Below are positions 1 through 10,582 of a DNA stretch of 64,000 nucleotides, in pieces. The DNA is taken from NCBI RefSeq assembly GCF_055900595.2, contig NZ_CM148325.1; one strand, 5' to 3'. A program made the position numbers and the translations under genes. A model generated the notes under the pieces. That model saw only the letters and a list, made by a program, of their open reading frames with translations. It did no database searches and was not told the DNA's origin. Position 1 is the first letter of the stretch, and each line of letters starts with the position of its first letter.

Positions 1-579
1 CGCGCGGTGCTTGGGCGCGTCTGGTTATACGGCATGGCGCTGGCGTTGGCTTCTGCCGGATTTGGCGTTATCGCCACCTTTATCACATTGTTTTATGACG
101 CTAAAGGCTGGGACGGTGCGGCTTTTGCGCTGACGCTGTTTAGCTGTGCATTTGTTGGAACGCGATTGTTATTCCCTAACGGCATAAATCGTATCGGCGG
201 CTTAAATGTGGCGATGATTTGCTTTAGCGTTGAGATAATCGGCCTGCTACTGGTTGGCGTGGCGACTATGCCGTGGATGGCGAAAATCGGCGTCTTACTC
301 GCGGGGGCGGGGTTTTCGCTGGTGTTCCCGGCATTGGGCGTAGTGGCGGTAAAAGCAGTGCCGCAGCAGAATCAGGGGGCGGCGCTGGCAACTTACACCG
401 TATTTATGGATTTATCGCTTGGCGTGACCGGACCACTGGCTGGGCTGGTGATGAGTTGGGCGGGCGTCCCGGTGATTTATCTGGCGGCGGCGGGACTGGT
501 CGCAATCGCGTTATTACTGACGTGGCGATTAAAAAAACGGCCTCCGGTGGAAGTACCTGAGGCCATCTCATCATCTTAA
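1..579 (+). CDS. yhhS: MFS transporter YhhS, C-terminal part (5' end lies outside the window)
   Basis: ORF in frame from base 1; hydrophobic multi-helix translation; position next to dcrB as in E. coli. Confidence 0.85.
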   Translation, partial: RAVLGRVWLYGMALALASAGFGVIATFITLFYDAKGWDGAAFALTLFSCAFVGTRLLFPNGINRIGGLNVAMICFSVEIIGLLLVGVATMPWMAKIGVLLAGAGFSLVFPALGVVAVKAVPQQNQGAALATYTVFMDLSLGVTGPLAGLVMSWAGVPVIYLAAAGLVAIALLLTWRLKKRPPVEVPEAISSS

Positions 580-582
580 AAC

Positions 583-1140
583 TTACTGAATAACCAGCGT
601 ATTAATGATGTTTTCTGCGGTGGTCTGTGCTTTTTGCTGATCGTCAGCTGGCAGCGTAATTTGCATGGTCAGCAGTTGATTACCCACGTTACCCAGAATA
701 ACGGAAGAGTACGCCGTCTGGCCTTTCGCGGAGATAATGCTGTCTAACTGCTGCATTTTGTGACCTTTCAGCTCAATGGCTTTATTGGTTACCACTTGCA
801 GCTGCGGATCGCGGCTACGTTGCTGATCTTCCAGGCGCTTCGCCAGCACCGCCAGATCTTCTTTCGGATCATCGCCCATGATGACGATGACTGCTTTTTG
901 CCCGGTGGCGTCGGACCAGACATGCATGTTATTAGCCTGCGTTCCCAGCTTACCGCTCTGGTCGGTCATATCCGCTGGCAGCGAGAAACTTAACTTGCCA
1001 TCAAGCAGGTTGACGGGATTCCCGGTAGCGTTACTTTCCGCGACCGAACCCTGCGCCGTAGCGTTAGTGTCTTTATCATCACAGGCCGTAAGCCCCATAA
1101 CCAGCAGGCCAATTCCGACATATTTAACCAGATTGCGCAT
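583..1140 (-). CDS. dcrB: Periplasmic lipoprotein DcrB
   Basis: Translation [22 protein letters not shown] (lipobox LTAC); ORF track start at 1194 is an upstream in-frame extension, start chosen at the internal Met. Confidence 0.88.
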   Translation of the reverse strand: MRNLVKYVGIGLLVMGLTACDDKDTNATAQGSVAESNATGNPVNLLDGKLSFSLPADMTDQSGKLGTQANNMHVWSDATGQKAVIVIMGDDPKEDLAVLAKRLEDQQRSRDPQLQVVTNKAIELKGHKMQQLDSIISAKGQTAYSSVILGNVGNQLLTMQITLPADDQQKAQTTAENIINTLVIQ

Positions 1141-1212
1141 TGACTTCTTCCTTTCGATAAACGGCCATAACGGCTCATTCATCCATCTTATCACAACTCT
1201 GATAACGAACCT

Positions 1213-1878
1213 TTAACTCGCCTGCAAAGCGTTGATTTCGGATTTATCTGCCAGTCTTTTCAACAGCATATTGAGTAATACGCCATACATTGGCAGGAAG
1301 AAAACGATACTGATTAACACTTTGAAACAGTAATCGACCAGCGCGATTTCCATCCAGTGTTCAGCCATAAAGGCATCTGGGCTGCGCCAGAAGGCAATGA
1401 AGAAGAAGGCCAGCGTGTCGCTGACGTTACCAAACAGGGTGGAAGCCGTCGGTGCCAGCCACCAGCGACGACTCTGACGCAGGCGGTTAAAAACGTGCAC
1501 GTCGAGGATTTGCCCCAGCGCGTAGGCCATGAAACTGGCGGTGGCGATACGGGCGACAAACAGGTTGAAGTGGGCGAGCGCGCCGAATCCCTGCCAGGAA
1601 CCCATATAGAACAGCGACGAGATGACGTAGGAGATCAGTAACGCCGGGATCATCACCGCAAAGATGATACGACGGGCCAGCGGTGCGCCAAAAATACGCA
1701 CAGTCAGGTCGGTAGCAAGGAAAATAAACGGAAAGCTAAACGCGCCCCAGGTGGTATGGAAACCAAAAATGGATACGGGAAGCTGAACCAGATAGTTACT
1801 GGAGGTGATCACCAACAGATGAAATAACGATAACCAGAACAACGCCTTATAGCGTTGAGTTTGCGAGAAAACGTTCAT
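1213..1878 (-). CDS. yhhQ: Queuosine precursor transporter YhhQ
   Basis: 221-aa polytopic membrane protein, recognised sequence and synteny. Confidence 0.9.
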   Translation of the reverse strand: MNVFSQTQRYKALFWLSLFHLLVITSSNYLVQLPVSIFGFHTTWGAFSFPFIFLATDLTVRIFGAPLARRIIFAVMIPALLISYVISSLFYMGSWQGFGALAHFNLFVARIATASFMAYALGQILDVHVFNRLRQSRRWWLAPTASTLFGNVSDTLAFFFIAFWRSPDAFMAEHWMEIALVDYCFKVLISIVFFLPMYGVLLNMLLKRLADKSEINALQAS

Positions 1879-2098
1879 ATTGTACCTTTTTGATTAACCA
1901 TTGGGGTGAGGGAACCCAATACGTACGACACGTCTGTTACCTTAACATAATAACGTGCTGACCCTTTTTTCGAGCCGCCGCATGATACTGCTTTACGTTG
2001 ACAATGCAATGGTTAATTTTCACGCAATCGTTAACCTGGTTTGCTTACGGACTCACAGGGCGTAAACTAGCGCCGTTTTTTTATGTGATGAGAAGAAA

Positions 2099-2344
2099 AT
2101 GACCGATCTCTTTTCCAGCCCTGACCACACACTCGACGCACTTGGCCTGCGCTGCCCGGAACCAGTAATGATGGTGCGCAAAACTGTGCGCAATATGCAG
2201 CCAGGTGAAACGTTGCTGATTATTGCTGACGATCCGGCGACGACACGCGATATTCCTGGGTTTTGTACCTTTATGGAACACGAACTGGTTGCGAAAGAGA
2301 CCGATGGACTGCCTTATCGTTATTTGATTCGCAAATCGGGGTAA
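2099..2344 (+). CDS. tusA: Sulfur carrier protein TusA
   Basis: 81 aa; conserved CPxP motif (LGLRCPEPV). Confidence 0.95.
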
Positions 2345-2397
2345 GGTGGATCAGGCTAGCGGACCGATCGCGCTCAATTTTGCGGCTTGCAACCGGT

Positions 2398-2534
2398 TTG
2401 TAGGACGGATAAAACGTTCAAGCTGCATCTGGCGATACGGTGCGCAAGGCCTGATGCGACGCTGTCGCGTCTTATCATGCCTACGAGTTCGATGCCCTGT
2501 GTAGGCCAGGTAAGGCGTTTACGCCGCATCCGGC
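2398..2534. repeat. Cluster of REP (repetitive extragenic palindromic) elements, BIME-like
   Basis: Three imperfect palindromic units of the gcc(g/t)gatgcg...tgtaggcc type between tusA and the next ORF. Confidence 0.75.
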
Positions 2535-2558
2535 ACGCAAACGTAATGGAATGCACAA

Positions 2559-2867
2559 ATGGATTATTTAATTCCAGTTTGTCTGGCATTGCTGGGATTG
2601 CTCGCGATCTTCACCCCCAATTGGCTGATCCCTGTTTTTATCGTCGTGGGGGGATGGCTGGGGGTACTTGCCTGGGGTTGGCTCTGGCTAATGATTTTTT
2701 TACCTTTACTTAACGGTGTCGGGCTTGCTTATGCCCTGTGGTTGATGTTCAAAAGGCCATCCATAGCATCCCGCCTGGTTGCTGCATGCTGTGTTATCTC
2801 CGTCATTCTGATGTTAGCGCTTTATTATGCTTTCCTGACTATGCCGCCGTTCCCGGCCCAGCACTAA
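2559..2867 (+). CDS. Hypothetical small hydrophobic membrane protein (102 aa)
   Basis: ORF with 3-4 predicted TM stretches (W/L/G-rich), sits in an otherwise intergenic gap, followed immediately by a perfect 11-bp stem hairpin; weak SD; not recognised as a named gene. Confidence 0.4.
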   Translation: MDYLIPVCLALLGLLAIFTPNWLIPVFIVVGGWLGVLAWGWLWLMIFLPLLNGVGLAYALWLMFKRPSIASRLVAACCVISVILMLALYYAFLTMPPFPAQH

Positions 2868-2892
2868 GCCTGATAGCCAGAGGCTATCAGGC
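2868..2892. terminator. Hairpin terminator between the convergent 102-aa ORF and zntA
   Basis: GCCTGATAGCC-aga-GGCTATCAGGC perfect 11-bp stem, followed by AACACTTTTACTT. Confidence 0.6.
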
Positions 2893-2899
2893 AACACTT

Positions 2900-5098
2900 T
2901 TACTTCCTGCGCAACAATCTTAACGCATTCGCCGTCACCAGCACCGTCGCACCCGTATCTGCCAGCACCGCCAGCCAAAGGCCAGTCATTCCTAACAGCG
3001 TTGTGACGAGGAAGATCCCTTTCAGCCCCAGCGCAATGGTGATGTTCTGGCGGATATTGGCGTGAGTGGCGCGTGCCAGTTCAATCATCTGCGCCAGGCC
3101 GCGCAGGTGGTTATGGGTTAATGCTGCGTCGGCGGTTTCCAGCGCCACGTCTGTGCCACTGCCCATTGCAATCCCTATGGCGGCAGCTTTCATGGCGGGC
3201 GCGTCGTTAATACCGTCGCCGACCATCGCCAGCGGCGCATGTTGATTCAGCTCGGTCACCGCTTTGACTTTATCTTCCGGCAACAGGCCCGCTTTAAACT
3301 CCAGCCCCAACTCCCCGGCAATTGCCGCCGCTGCGCGTGGATTATCGCCAGTGAGGATCACCCCTTTGACACCCAGGGCGCTCAGTTCGCTGATGGCAGT
3401 TGCGGCGTCGGCGCGCAGGGTATCCTGCAATGCAATTACGCCAAGCACGTCATCGTTACGCACCACCAGTACTACCGTTTGCCCGGCGCTTTCCAGTTCG
3501 TTAATTAAACCAGCAAATGCAACAGCCGGATGTTTTCCGGCAGCGCATATCAACACGCGCTCGCCGTTAATCAGTGCTTCAATACCAGACCCGACCAGCG
3601 CCCGCTGTGATTCGGCGGCGGGAATGGCGAGTTCAGCAACCTGTGCTTCGCGTACGATGGCTTGCGCCAATGGATGCGTCGCGCCTTGCTCGACCGCCGC
3701 TGCCAGTGTCAGCAGTTCAGATTCACTAATACCCGTTGCCGGATGAATCGCGGTAACGCGCGGTTTACCGACGGTCAGCGTACCGGTTTTATCAAACGCC
3801 ACCTGGGTAACACGACCTAGTTGTTCCAGCGCCGCACCGCCTTTAATCAACGCCCCACGACGCGCTGCTGCTGCCAGCCCGGAGGTGATCGCCGCAGGTG
3901 TTGAGATCACCAGCGCACACGGGCAGCCAATCAGCAGCAGCGTCAGCCCTTTATAAATCCACTCCTGCCAGCTTGCGGCAAACAGCAGCGGCGGCACCAG
4001 CGTCACCAGCAGGGCGACGGCCATAATCGCTGGCGTGTAAATACGGCTGAAACGGTCGATAAACCGCTCAATCGGTGCGCGGCGCTCTTCAGCTTCTTCG
4101 ATCAGTTTCAGAATCCGGTCAATGGCGCTGGCACCCGGTTCTGACAGCACTTCCAGCGTTACCAGACGGTCTACGCTGGTGGCGCCTGCAGGAACTTTAT
4201 CACCCGTCGCGCGTTCCACCGGAATGGATTCGCCGGTCAGGGCGCTTTCATCAAAACTGGCAAACGGTGAGAGCAGTTTACCGTCGGCAGGTAAACGCCC
4301 ACCCGCTGCGACTTCAATCACATCGCCCGGACGCAGGCTGTTAATTGCTACCTCTTCACGCTTGCCATTACGCAGGCGCGTGGCGGTTTCCGGTTTCAGC
4401 GCCATTAACGCGCTGACCCCTTGACGCGCGCGGCTGGCGGCCCAGCCTTCCAGTCGTTCACCAATCAAAAATAGCAGCAACACCATCGCAGCTTCGGCGG
4501 TTGCGCCAATAAACAGCGCGCCAATGGCGGCTACGCTCATTAACGTTTCAATGGCGAAGTAGCTGCCCGATTTGATCAGCCGTAATGCCTGGCGCACAAT
4601 CGGGTACAGCCCAACCAGCGTGGTCGCGATAAACGCCAGTTGCCCGAACGGATGATTAAACTGCTCCAGACCCCAGCTGATTGCCATCAACACGATTAGC
4701 GTAATCAGCGGCAGATTCTCTTTCAGGCGTGATTCTTGTTGTTCGTCGGCGGACTGTTCATCGCGCAGGGAATAGCCCGCTTTTTGCACCGCAGATTCAA
4801 CTTGTGCACGGATGTCATTGTCGGCATCAACCACCAGTTTTTCGGTGGCGAACAGCACCTGCACCTGATTCACGCCTGCAAGCTGGCGCACGGCATTTTC
4901 TACCTTGCGCGCGCAGGCGGCGCAGTCCATGCCGCTGACTTTCCAGCTATAGCGGGTGCCGGAGACGTTTTCAGAGAGCGTTGGCGTGCTGGAACATGCG
5001 CCGTCGCAGCAACAGTCGTTGGCGTTCTGTGCCGTGGTTAGCGGTTTGAACGCAGCAAAGTGAGGGGCTTTCTTGCCGTTATTGTCAGGAGTCGACAT
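2900..5098 (-). CDS. zntA: Zn(II)/Cd(II)/Pb(II)-translocating P-type ATPase
   Basis: 732 aa; N-terminal GMDCAAC metal-binding motif, CPC in membrane domain, DKTGT phosphorylation motif. Confidence 0.96.
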   Translation of the reverse strand: MSTPDNNGKKAPHFAAFKPLTTAQNANDCCCDGACSSTPTLSENVSGTRYSWKVSGMDCAACARKVENAVRQLAGVNQVQVLFATEKLVVDADNDIRAQVESAVQKAGYSLRDEQSADEQQESRLKENLPLITLIVLMAISWGLEQFNHPFGQLAFIATTLVGLYPIVRQALRLIKSGSYFAIETLMSVAAIGALFIGATAEAAMVLLLFLIGERLEGWAASRARQGVSALMALKPETATRLRNGKREEVAINSLRPGDVIEVAAGGRLPADGKLLSPFASFDESALTGESIPVERATGDKVPAGATSVDRLVTLEVLSEPGASAIDRILKLIEEAEERRAPIERFIDRFSRIYTPAIMAVALLVTLVPPLLFAASWQEWIYKGLTLLLIGCPCALVISTPAAITSGLAAAARRGALIKGGAALEQLGRVTQVAFDKTGTLTVGKPRVTAIHPATGISESELLTLAAAVEQGATHPLAQAIVREAQVAELAIPAAESQRALVGSGIEALINGERVLICAAGKHPAVAFAGLINELESAGQTVVLVVRNDDVLGVIALQDTLRADAATAISELSALGVKGVILTGDNPRAAAAIAGELGLEFKAGLLPEDKVKAVTELNQHAPLAMVGDGINDAPAMKAAAIGIAMGSGTDVALETADAALTHNHLRGLAQMIELARATHANIRQNITIALGLKGIFLVTTLLGMTGLWLAVLADTGATVLVTANALRLLRRK

Positions 5099-5139
5099 GG
5101 CATCCTCCGGTTAAGTTTTTCTCATTAACCGAAGGATAC

Positions 5140-5161
5140 ACTCTGGAGTCGACTCCAGAGT
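5140..5161 (-). promoter_or_regulatory. ZntR (MerR-family) operator in the zntA promoter
   Basis: Perfect 22-bp palindrome ACTCTGGAGTCGACTCCAGAGT about 40 bp upstream of the zntA start. Confidence 0.8.
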
Positions 5162-5170
5162 CAAGTTTTA

Positions 5171-5797
5171 TCAGAGATACAGCGAGCGGACGATGAGGAA
5201 ATGTCCGGCAAAATAACAAGCGGCGGCAATCGCGTTATCCGCACGGAAGCGTCGGCGATAGTGGCTACCCAGCCAGACAAAGTTACTGATAAACAGCAAC
5301 GAAGCGCCGACAAATGCAGAAAGTGCCGGAGCGGTTGGACGGAAGAACCACAGTTCACCTGCCAGCCATACCATCACCAGCGTCATGCCGATAAACGTGC
5401 AGATAGGCCAACGATACTCTTCCAGACGCGTCCAGATAATCGCCAGTAACAGCGCACCCAGCACCAGCAACACCAGCGGCAAAGGCCAGAAGAATGAGAG
5501 CGTCATCTGGCTGGCGAAATAGATGGTGTACAGCAGGTGTGAGAGGAAAAACGCGCCGATGGCGTACATCAGACGTTGACGTGGCAACAGGGTTAGCGCA
5601 TCGCCCAGCAGTGAGGCGCACAGTCCCGCCAGCACCAGATAACTAATGGCGTCGAACATCGGCGCTTGCCATGCCAGTAACAGCAGGAGAAGAAGGGTTA
5701 ACGGTTTAAACACCCAGCGTTGCCAGGTTGGCCCACGATACGATGCATCCACAGATAGCCATGCGGAAAGACAGACTGCGATAAACGACCAAAGCAT
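5171..5797 (-). CDS. yhhN: YhhN-family integral membrane protein
   Basis: 208-aa polytopic membrane ORF, synteny. Confidence 0.88.
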
Positions 5798-5937
5798 CTT
5801 AGTTCCTTGAATTCGTTATTTTTTCGTAAGCGGAATGCCTACGGTCTTGCTTCCAGTTTAGTGGCGAGGGTGGACGGATGACAACACCATAACTGGCAGG
5901 GTATGCTTATTTCCGCATTTTCCGATGAGGGATAAAG

Positions 5938-6297
5938 ATGAGCAAACCACCTCTTTTCTTTATTGTTATCATTGGCTTAATTATCGTCGCCGCATCGTTT
6001 CGTTTTATGCAACAGCGACGGGAAAAAGCTGATAATGATATAGCGCCACTCCAGCAAAAGTTGGTGGTGGTGAGCAATAAGCGGGAAAAACCGATTAACG
6101 ATCGCCGTTCGCGCCAGCAGGAAGTGACACCGGCAGGTACCAGCATGCGCTATGAGGCGAGCTTCAAACCGCAAAGCGGAGGAATGGAACAGACCTTTCG
6201 CCTCGACGCCCAGCAGTACCACGCCCTGACAGTGGGCGATAAAGGTACGCTGAGCTATAAAGGAACGCGCTTTGTCAGCTTTGTCAGCAAACAATAA
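5938..6297 (+). CDS. yhhM: DUF2500-type membrane-anchored protein YhhM
   Basis: 119 aa, single N-terminal TM segment, synteny. Confidence 0.85.
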   Translation: MSKPPLFFIVIIGLIIVAASFRFMQQRREKADNDIAPLQQKLVVVSNKREKPINDRRSRQQEVTPAGTSMRYEASFKPQSGGMEQTFRLDAQQYHALTVGDKGTLSYKGTRFVSFVSKQ

Positions 6298-6299
6298 GG

Positions 6300-6569
6300 T
6301 TATTTTTTAACGTTAAATTTCTTCTGCCAGACCAGCAGTTCAAATACGCCGAAAAGGAAAATGCGCACCTTTTCGGCGGTGGTCATCTGCGGGCCATCTT
6401 TCGGTAAAGTGGATTTCAACAGCGCCAGCTGCATACCATGCATCAGCACGGTGAAAATCAGCGCCACGTTAACGAAAATATTCAGCGGACGCGGGAAGGG
6501 ATGCACCAGGTTGAGGATTAAAAATCCCCAAACACAGAGCATTAACACACGACCAATATTAATCAGCAT
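6300..6569 (-). CDS. yhhL: Small membrane protein YhhL (DUF1145)
   Basis: 89-aa product from internal Met (MLINIGRVLML...); upstream part of the 130-aa ORF overlaps rsmD and is treated as non-coding. Confidence 0.75.
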   Translation of the reverse strand: MLINIGRVLMLCVWGFLILNLVHPFPRPLNIFVNVALIFTVLMHGMQLALLKSTLPKDGPQMTTAEKVRIFLFGVFELLVWQKKFNVKK

Positions 6570-7155
6570 CACTTTCTCCTTGTGCTTCGCGTTGATACAG
6601 GCGGTAAGCCACCTGACCTGCCACTTTTTCCCGATGTAATGACCAGTTCGCCGGAACGGTGGGGAGCCCGTTTTCGACTTCGCTTTCGACATAAATCAGG
6701 GCTTCGTCAGCCAGCCAGCCGTTATCTTCCAGTAAATTTATCGTCTCTTCTAACAAGCCACGGCGGAACGGTGGATCGACAAAAACGATATTATGCGGTG
6801 TGCCTTTTTGCGCCAGGAATGACATCGCGTTGCTGTTCACCACGCGTGCATTACCTGCTTTTAGTGTCGCCAGATTCTTAATTAACTGTTGAGAAACCGC
6901 GCGATCCATCTCAATCAACGTGGCCCCCGCAGCGTAGCGCGATAACGCTTCCAGCCCCAGCGCGCCGCTCCCGGCGAAGCAATCCAGACATTGGGCGTCA
7001 ACAATGACCGGAGCCAGCCAGTTAAACAACGTTTCGCGTACGCGGTCGGTGGTGGGGCGCAGGCCTGGGCTATCAGGAACCGGGAGTTTACGGCCTCGCC
7101 ACTGCCCGCCAATAATGCGGATTTGGCCGCTGCCGGAATGATTCGGTTTTTTCAT
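6559..7155 (-). CDS. rsmD: 16S rRNA (guanine966-N2)-methyltransferase RsmD
   Basis: 198 aa; SAM-methyltransferase motifs (LDCFAGSGALG, DPPF). Confidence 0.93.
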   Translation of the reverse strand: MKKPNHSGSGQIRIIGGQWRGRKLPVPDSPGLRPTTDRVRETLFNWLAPVIVDAQCLDCFAGSGALGLEALSRYAAGATLIEMDRAVSQQLIKNLATLKAGNARVVNSNAMSFLAQKGTPHNIVFVDPPFRRGLLEETINLLEDNGWLADEALIYVESEVENGLPTVPANWSLHREKVAGQVAYRLYQREAQGESDAD

Positions 7156-7304
7156 GATAAATTGCTCAATCCGCCAGATAACACATACTTGCAGGCGGTG
7201 ATGTGAATTAAGTTAAGTGATAGACTATTTCATCATTTTTTTAGCTGCTATGTACATAGCGTTAACGCTGTGCCATGAAGCAACAGCGAGGAGTGTAGTC
7301 GCAA

Positions 7305-8843
7305 ATGGCGAAAGAAAAAAAACGTGGCTTTTTTTCCTGGCTGGGCTTTGGTCAAAAAGAGCAGACCCCGGAAAAAGAGACAGAAGTCCAGAACGAACAA
7401 CCAGTTGTAGAAGAAATCGTTCAGGCGCAAGAGCCTGCGAAGGCTTCTGAACAAGCCGTTGAAGAGCAGCCGCAGGCGCATACTGAAGCCGAGGCGGAAA
7501 CTTTTGCTGCCGACGTTGTGGAAGTTACTGAACAGGTTGCTGAAAGTGAAAAAGCGCAGTCTGAAGTTGTTGCTGAACCGGAAGTTATTACTGAGCCGGA
7601 AACGATAGTTGAAGAAACGCCAGCGTCAGTCATTGAACCTGAAGTTACGCCAGAGCCTGTGGCTATCGAGCGTGAAGAGCTGCCGTTGCCGGAAGACGTC
7701 AAAGCCGAAGAGGTTTCGCCAGAAGAGTGGCAGGCCGAAGCGGAAACCGTAGAGATTGTCGAAGCGGCGGAAGAAGAAGCGGCTAAAGACGAAATCACCG
7801 ACGAAGAGCTGGAAGCACAGGCGCTGGCTGCCGAAGCGGCAGAAGAGGCGGTGATGGTGGTTCCTCCGGCAGAAGAAGAGCAGCCGGTGGAAGAAATCGC
7901 TCAGGAGCAGGAAAAACCGACCAAAGAAGGTTTCTTCGCGCGCCTGAAACGCAGTCTGTTAAAAACCAAAGAAAACCTCGGTTCCGGATTTATCAGCCTG
8001 TTCCGCGGTAAAAAAATCGACGATGATCTGTTTGAAGAATTGGAAGAGCAATTGCTCATCGCCGATGTGGGCGTGGAAACCACGCGTAAAATTATCACCA
8101 ATCTGACAGAAGGTGCGACCCGCAAGCAGCTTCGTGATGCCGAGGCGCTCTATGGCCTACTGAAAGAAGAGATGGGTGAGATTCTGGCGAAAGTCGATGA
8201 ACCGCTGAACGTTGAAGGTAAAACGCCGTTCGTGATCCTGATGGTGGGCGTCAACGGTGTGGGTAAAACCACGACGATCGGTAAGCTGGCGCGTCAGTTT
8301 GAGCAGCAGGGTAAATCAGTGATGCTGGCGGCGGGCGATACTTTCCGTGCAGCAGCGGTTGAACAGCTTCAGGTCTGGGGTCAGCGTAATAATATTCCGG
8401 TGATTGCCCAGCATACCGGTGCGGATTCCGCTTCTGTTATCTTCGACGCCATTCAGGCCGCTAAAGCGCGTAACATCGACGTTTTGATTGCCGATACCGC
8501 CGGACGCCTGCAGAACAAATCGCACTTGATGGAAGAGTTGAAGAAAATCGTCCGCGTGATGAAGAAACTCGACGTTGAAGCTCCGCATGAAGTTATGCTG
8601 ACTATCGACGCCAGTACCGGGCAGAATGCAGTAAGCCAGGCCAAACTGTTCCACGAAGCCGTTGGCTTAACCGGCATCACGCTAACGAAACTGGACGGCA
8701 CGGCGAAAGGCGGGGTAATTTTCTCGGTGGCTGACCAGTTTGGTATCCCTATCCGCTACATTGGTGTCGGCGAACGTATTGAGGATTTGCGTCCGTTTAA
8801 AGCGGACGACTTTATAGAGGCACTTTTTGCCCGAGAGGATTAA
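7305..8843 (+). CDS. ftsY: Signal recognition particle receptor FtsY
   Basis: 512 aa; acidic E/A-rich N-terminal domain then SRP-GTPase motifs (GVNGVGKTTT, DTAGR, TKLD). Confidence 0.97.
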   Translation: MAKEKKRGFFSWLGFGQKEQTPEKETEVQNEQPVVEEIVQAQEPAKASEQAVEEQPQAHTEAEAETFAADVVEVTEQVAESEKAQSEVVAEPEVITEPETIVEETPASVIEPEVTPEPVAIEREELPLPEDVKAEEVSPEEWQAEAETVEIVEAAEEEAAKDEITDEELEAQALAAEAAEEAVMVVPPAEEEQPVEEIAQEQEKPTKEGFFARLKRSLLKTKENLGSGFISLFRGKKIDDDLFEELEEQLLIADVGVETTRKIITNLTEGATRKQLRDAEALYGLLKEEMGEILAKVDEPLNVEGKTPFVILMVGVNGVGKTTTIGKLARQFEQQGKSVMLAAGDTFRAAAVEQLQVWGQRNNIPVIAQHTGADSASVIFDAIQAAKARNIDVLIADTAGRLQNKSHLMEELKKIVRVMKKLDVEAPHEVMLTIDASTGQNAVSQAKLFHEAVGLTGITLTKLDGTAKGGVIFSVADQFGIPIRYIGVGERIEDLRPFKADDFIEALFARED

Positions 8844-8845
8844 CA

Positions 8846-9514
8846 ATGATTCGCTTTGAACATGTCAGCAAGGCTTATCTCGGTGGGAGACAGGCGCTGC
8901 AGGGCGTTACGTTCCATATGCAGCCGGGTGAGATGGCGTTTCTGACCGGTCATTCCGGCGCAGGGAAAAGTACCCTCCTGAAGCTGATCTGTGGGATTGA
9001 GCGGCCCAGCGCCGGGAAAATCTGGTTTAGCGGCCATGACATCACGCGTCTGAAAAACCGTGAAGTTCCGTTTCTGCGCCGCCAGATTGGCATGATTTTC
9101 CAGGATCACCATCTACTGATGGACCGTACTGTCTACGATAACGTGGCGATACCCCTGATTATCGCCGGTGCCAGCGGTGACGATATTCGTCGTCGTGTAT
9201 CGGCGGCGCTGGATAAAGTCGGGCTACTGGACAAAGCGAAGAACTTCCCTATTCAGCTTTCCGGCGGTGAACAACAGCGTGTTGGCATTGCCCGCGCGGT
9301 GGTGAACAAGCCCGCGGTACTGCTGGCGGATGAACCGACCGGTAACCTTGACGACGCGTTGTCAGAAGGAATTCTACGTCTGTTTGAAGAATTTAACCGC
9401 GTTGGGGTAACCGTATTGATGGCAACGCACGACATCAACCTGATTTCGCGGCGTTCCTATCGCATGCTCACCCTGAGCGATGGTCACTTGCATGGAGGCG
9501 TGGGCCATGAATAA
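8846..9514 (+). CDS. ftsE: Cell-division ABC ATPase FtsE
   Basis: Walker [13 protein letters not shown] signature LSGGEQQR, Walker [12 protein letters not shown]. Confidence 0.97.
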   Translation: MIRFEHVSKAYLGGRQALQGVTFHMQPGEMAFLTGHSGAGKSTLLKLICGIERPSAGKIWFSGHDITRLKNREVPFLRRQIGMIFQDHHLLMDRTVYDNVAIPLIIAGASGDDIRRRVSAALDKVGLLDKAKNFPIQLSGGEQQRVGIARAVVNKPAVLLADEPTGNLDDALSEGILRLFEEFNRVGVTVLMATHDINLISRRSYRMLTLSDGHLHGGVGHE

Positions 9515-10565
9515 GCGCGATGCAATCAATCATATCCGGCAGTTTGGCGGGCGTCTGGATCGCTTCCGTAAATCGGTCGGCGGCTCTGGCGACGGCGGTC
9601 GTAACGCGCCGAAACGCGCGAAATCCTCGCCAAAACCGGTAAATCGCAAAACTAACGTTTTCAACGAACAGGTGCGCTATGCTTTCCACGGCGCTTTGCA
9701 GGATCTGAAAAGCAAACCGTTCGCCACGTTTTTAACGGTGATGGTTATCGCCATCTCCCTGACGCTGCCCAGCGTCTGTTATATGGTGTACAAAAACGTT
9801 AATCAGGCGGCGACGCAGTATTATCCGTCACCGCAAATCACCGTTTATCTGCAAAAAACGCTGGACGATGACGCCGCTGCGGGCGTGGTGGCACAGTTGC
9901 AGGCCGAGCAAGGCGTAGAGAAAGTGAATTATCTTTCTCGTGAAGACGCACTGGGGGAGTTCCGTAACTGGTCTGGTTTTGGTGGTGCGCTGGATATGCT
10001 GGAAGAAAACCCGCTTCCGGCAGTGGCGGTGGTAATCCCGAAACTCGATTTTCAGGGGACCGAGTCACTGAATACCTTGCGCGATCGTATCACCCAGATC
10101 AACGGCATTGACGAAGTGCGAATGGATGACAGCTGGTTTGCCCGTCTGGCGGCGTTGACCGGGCTGGTTGGGCGCGTTTCGGCAATGATCGGCGTATTGA
10201 TGGTGGCGGCAGTGTTCCTCGTCATCGGTAACAGTGTGCGTCTGAGCATCTTTGCTCGCCGTGACTCCATTAACGTACAGAAACTGATTGGTGCGACAGA
10301 TGGTTTCATCCTGCGCCCATTCCTGTACGGTGGCGCATTGCTGGGATTTTCTGGCGCATTGCTGTCATTAATTTTGTCGGAAATTCTGGTCCTGCGTTTG
10401 TCTTCGGCGGTTGCGGAAGTGGCGCAGGTTTTCGGAACGAGGTTTGATATCAATGGCTTATCTTTTGATGAATGCCTGCTATTGCTGCTGGTATGCTCGA
10501 TGATTGGCTGGGTGGCAGCCTGGCTTGCCACGGTACAACATTTACGCCACTTTACGCCTGAATAA
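9507..10565 (+). CDS. ftsX: Cell-division ABC permease-like protein FtsX
   Basis: Start at internal Met (MNKRDAINH), 8-nt overlap with ftsE; 4 TM C-terminal domain. Confidence 0.93.
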   Translation: MNKRDAINHIRQFGGRLDRFRKSVGGSGDGGRNAPKRAKSSPKPVNRKTNVFNEQVRYAFHGALQDLKSKPFATFLTVMVIAISLTLPSVCYMVYKNVNQAATQYYPSPQITVYLQKTLDDDAAAGVVAQLQAEQGVEKVNYLSREDALGEFRNWSGFGGALDMLEENPLPAVAVVIPKLDFQGTESLNTLRDRITQINGIDEVRMDDSWFARLAALTGLVGRVSAMIGVLMVAAVFLVIGNSVRLSIFARRDSINVQKLIGATDGFILRPFLYGGALLGFSGALLSLILSEILVLRLSSAVAEVAQVFGTRFDINGLSFDECLLLLLVCSMIGWVAAWLATVQHLRHFTPE

Positions 10566-10582
10566 TAAAAGCGTGTTATACT

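Noticed and set aside
273-560. 95-aa Gly/Arg-rich ORF in an alternative frame within yhhS
   Set aside because: Fully overlapped by the MFS transporter frame; low-complexity translation.
6570-6692. N-terminal extension of the yhhL ORF (130 aa in the track)
   Set aside because: The extension overlaps the 3' end of rsmD; the conserved 89-aa product begins at the internal Met.
7421-7798. 125-aa Ser/Ala-rich minus-strand ORF inside ftsY
   Set aside because: Antisense of the GAA/GCG-rich acidic-domain repeats; compositional artefact.
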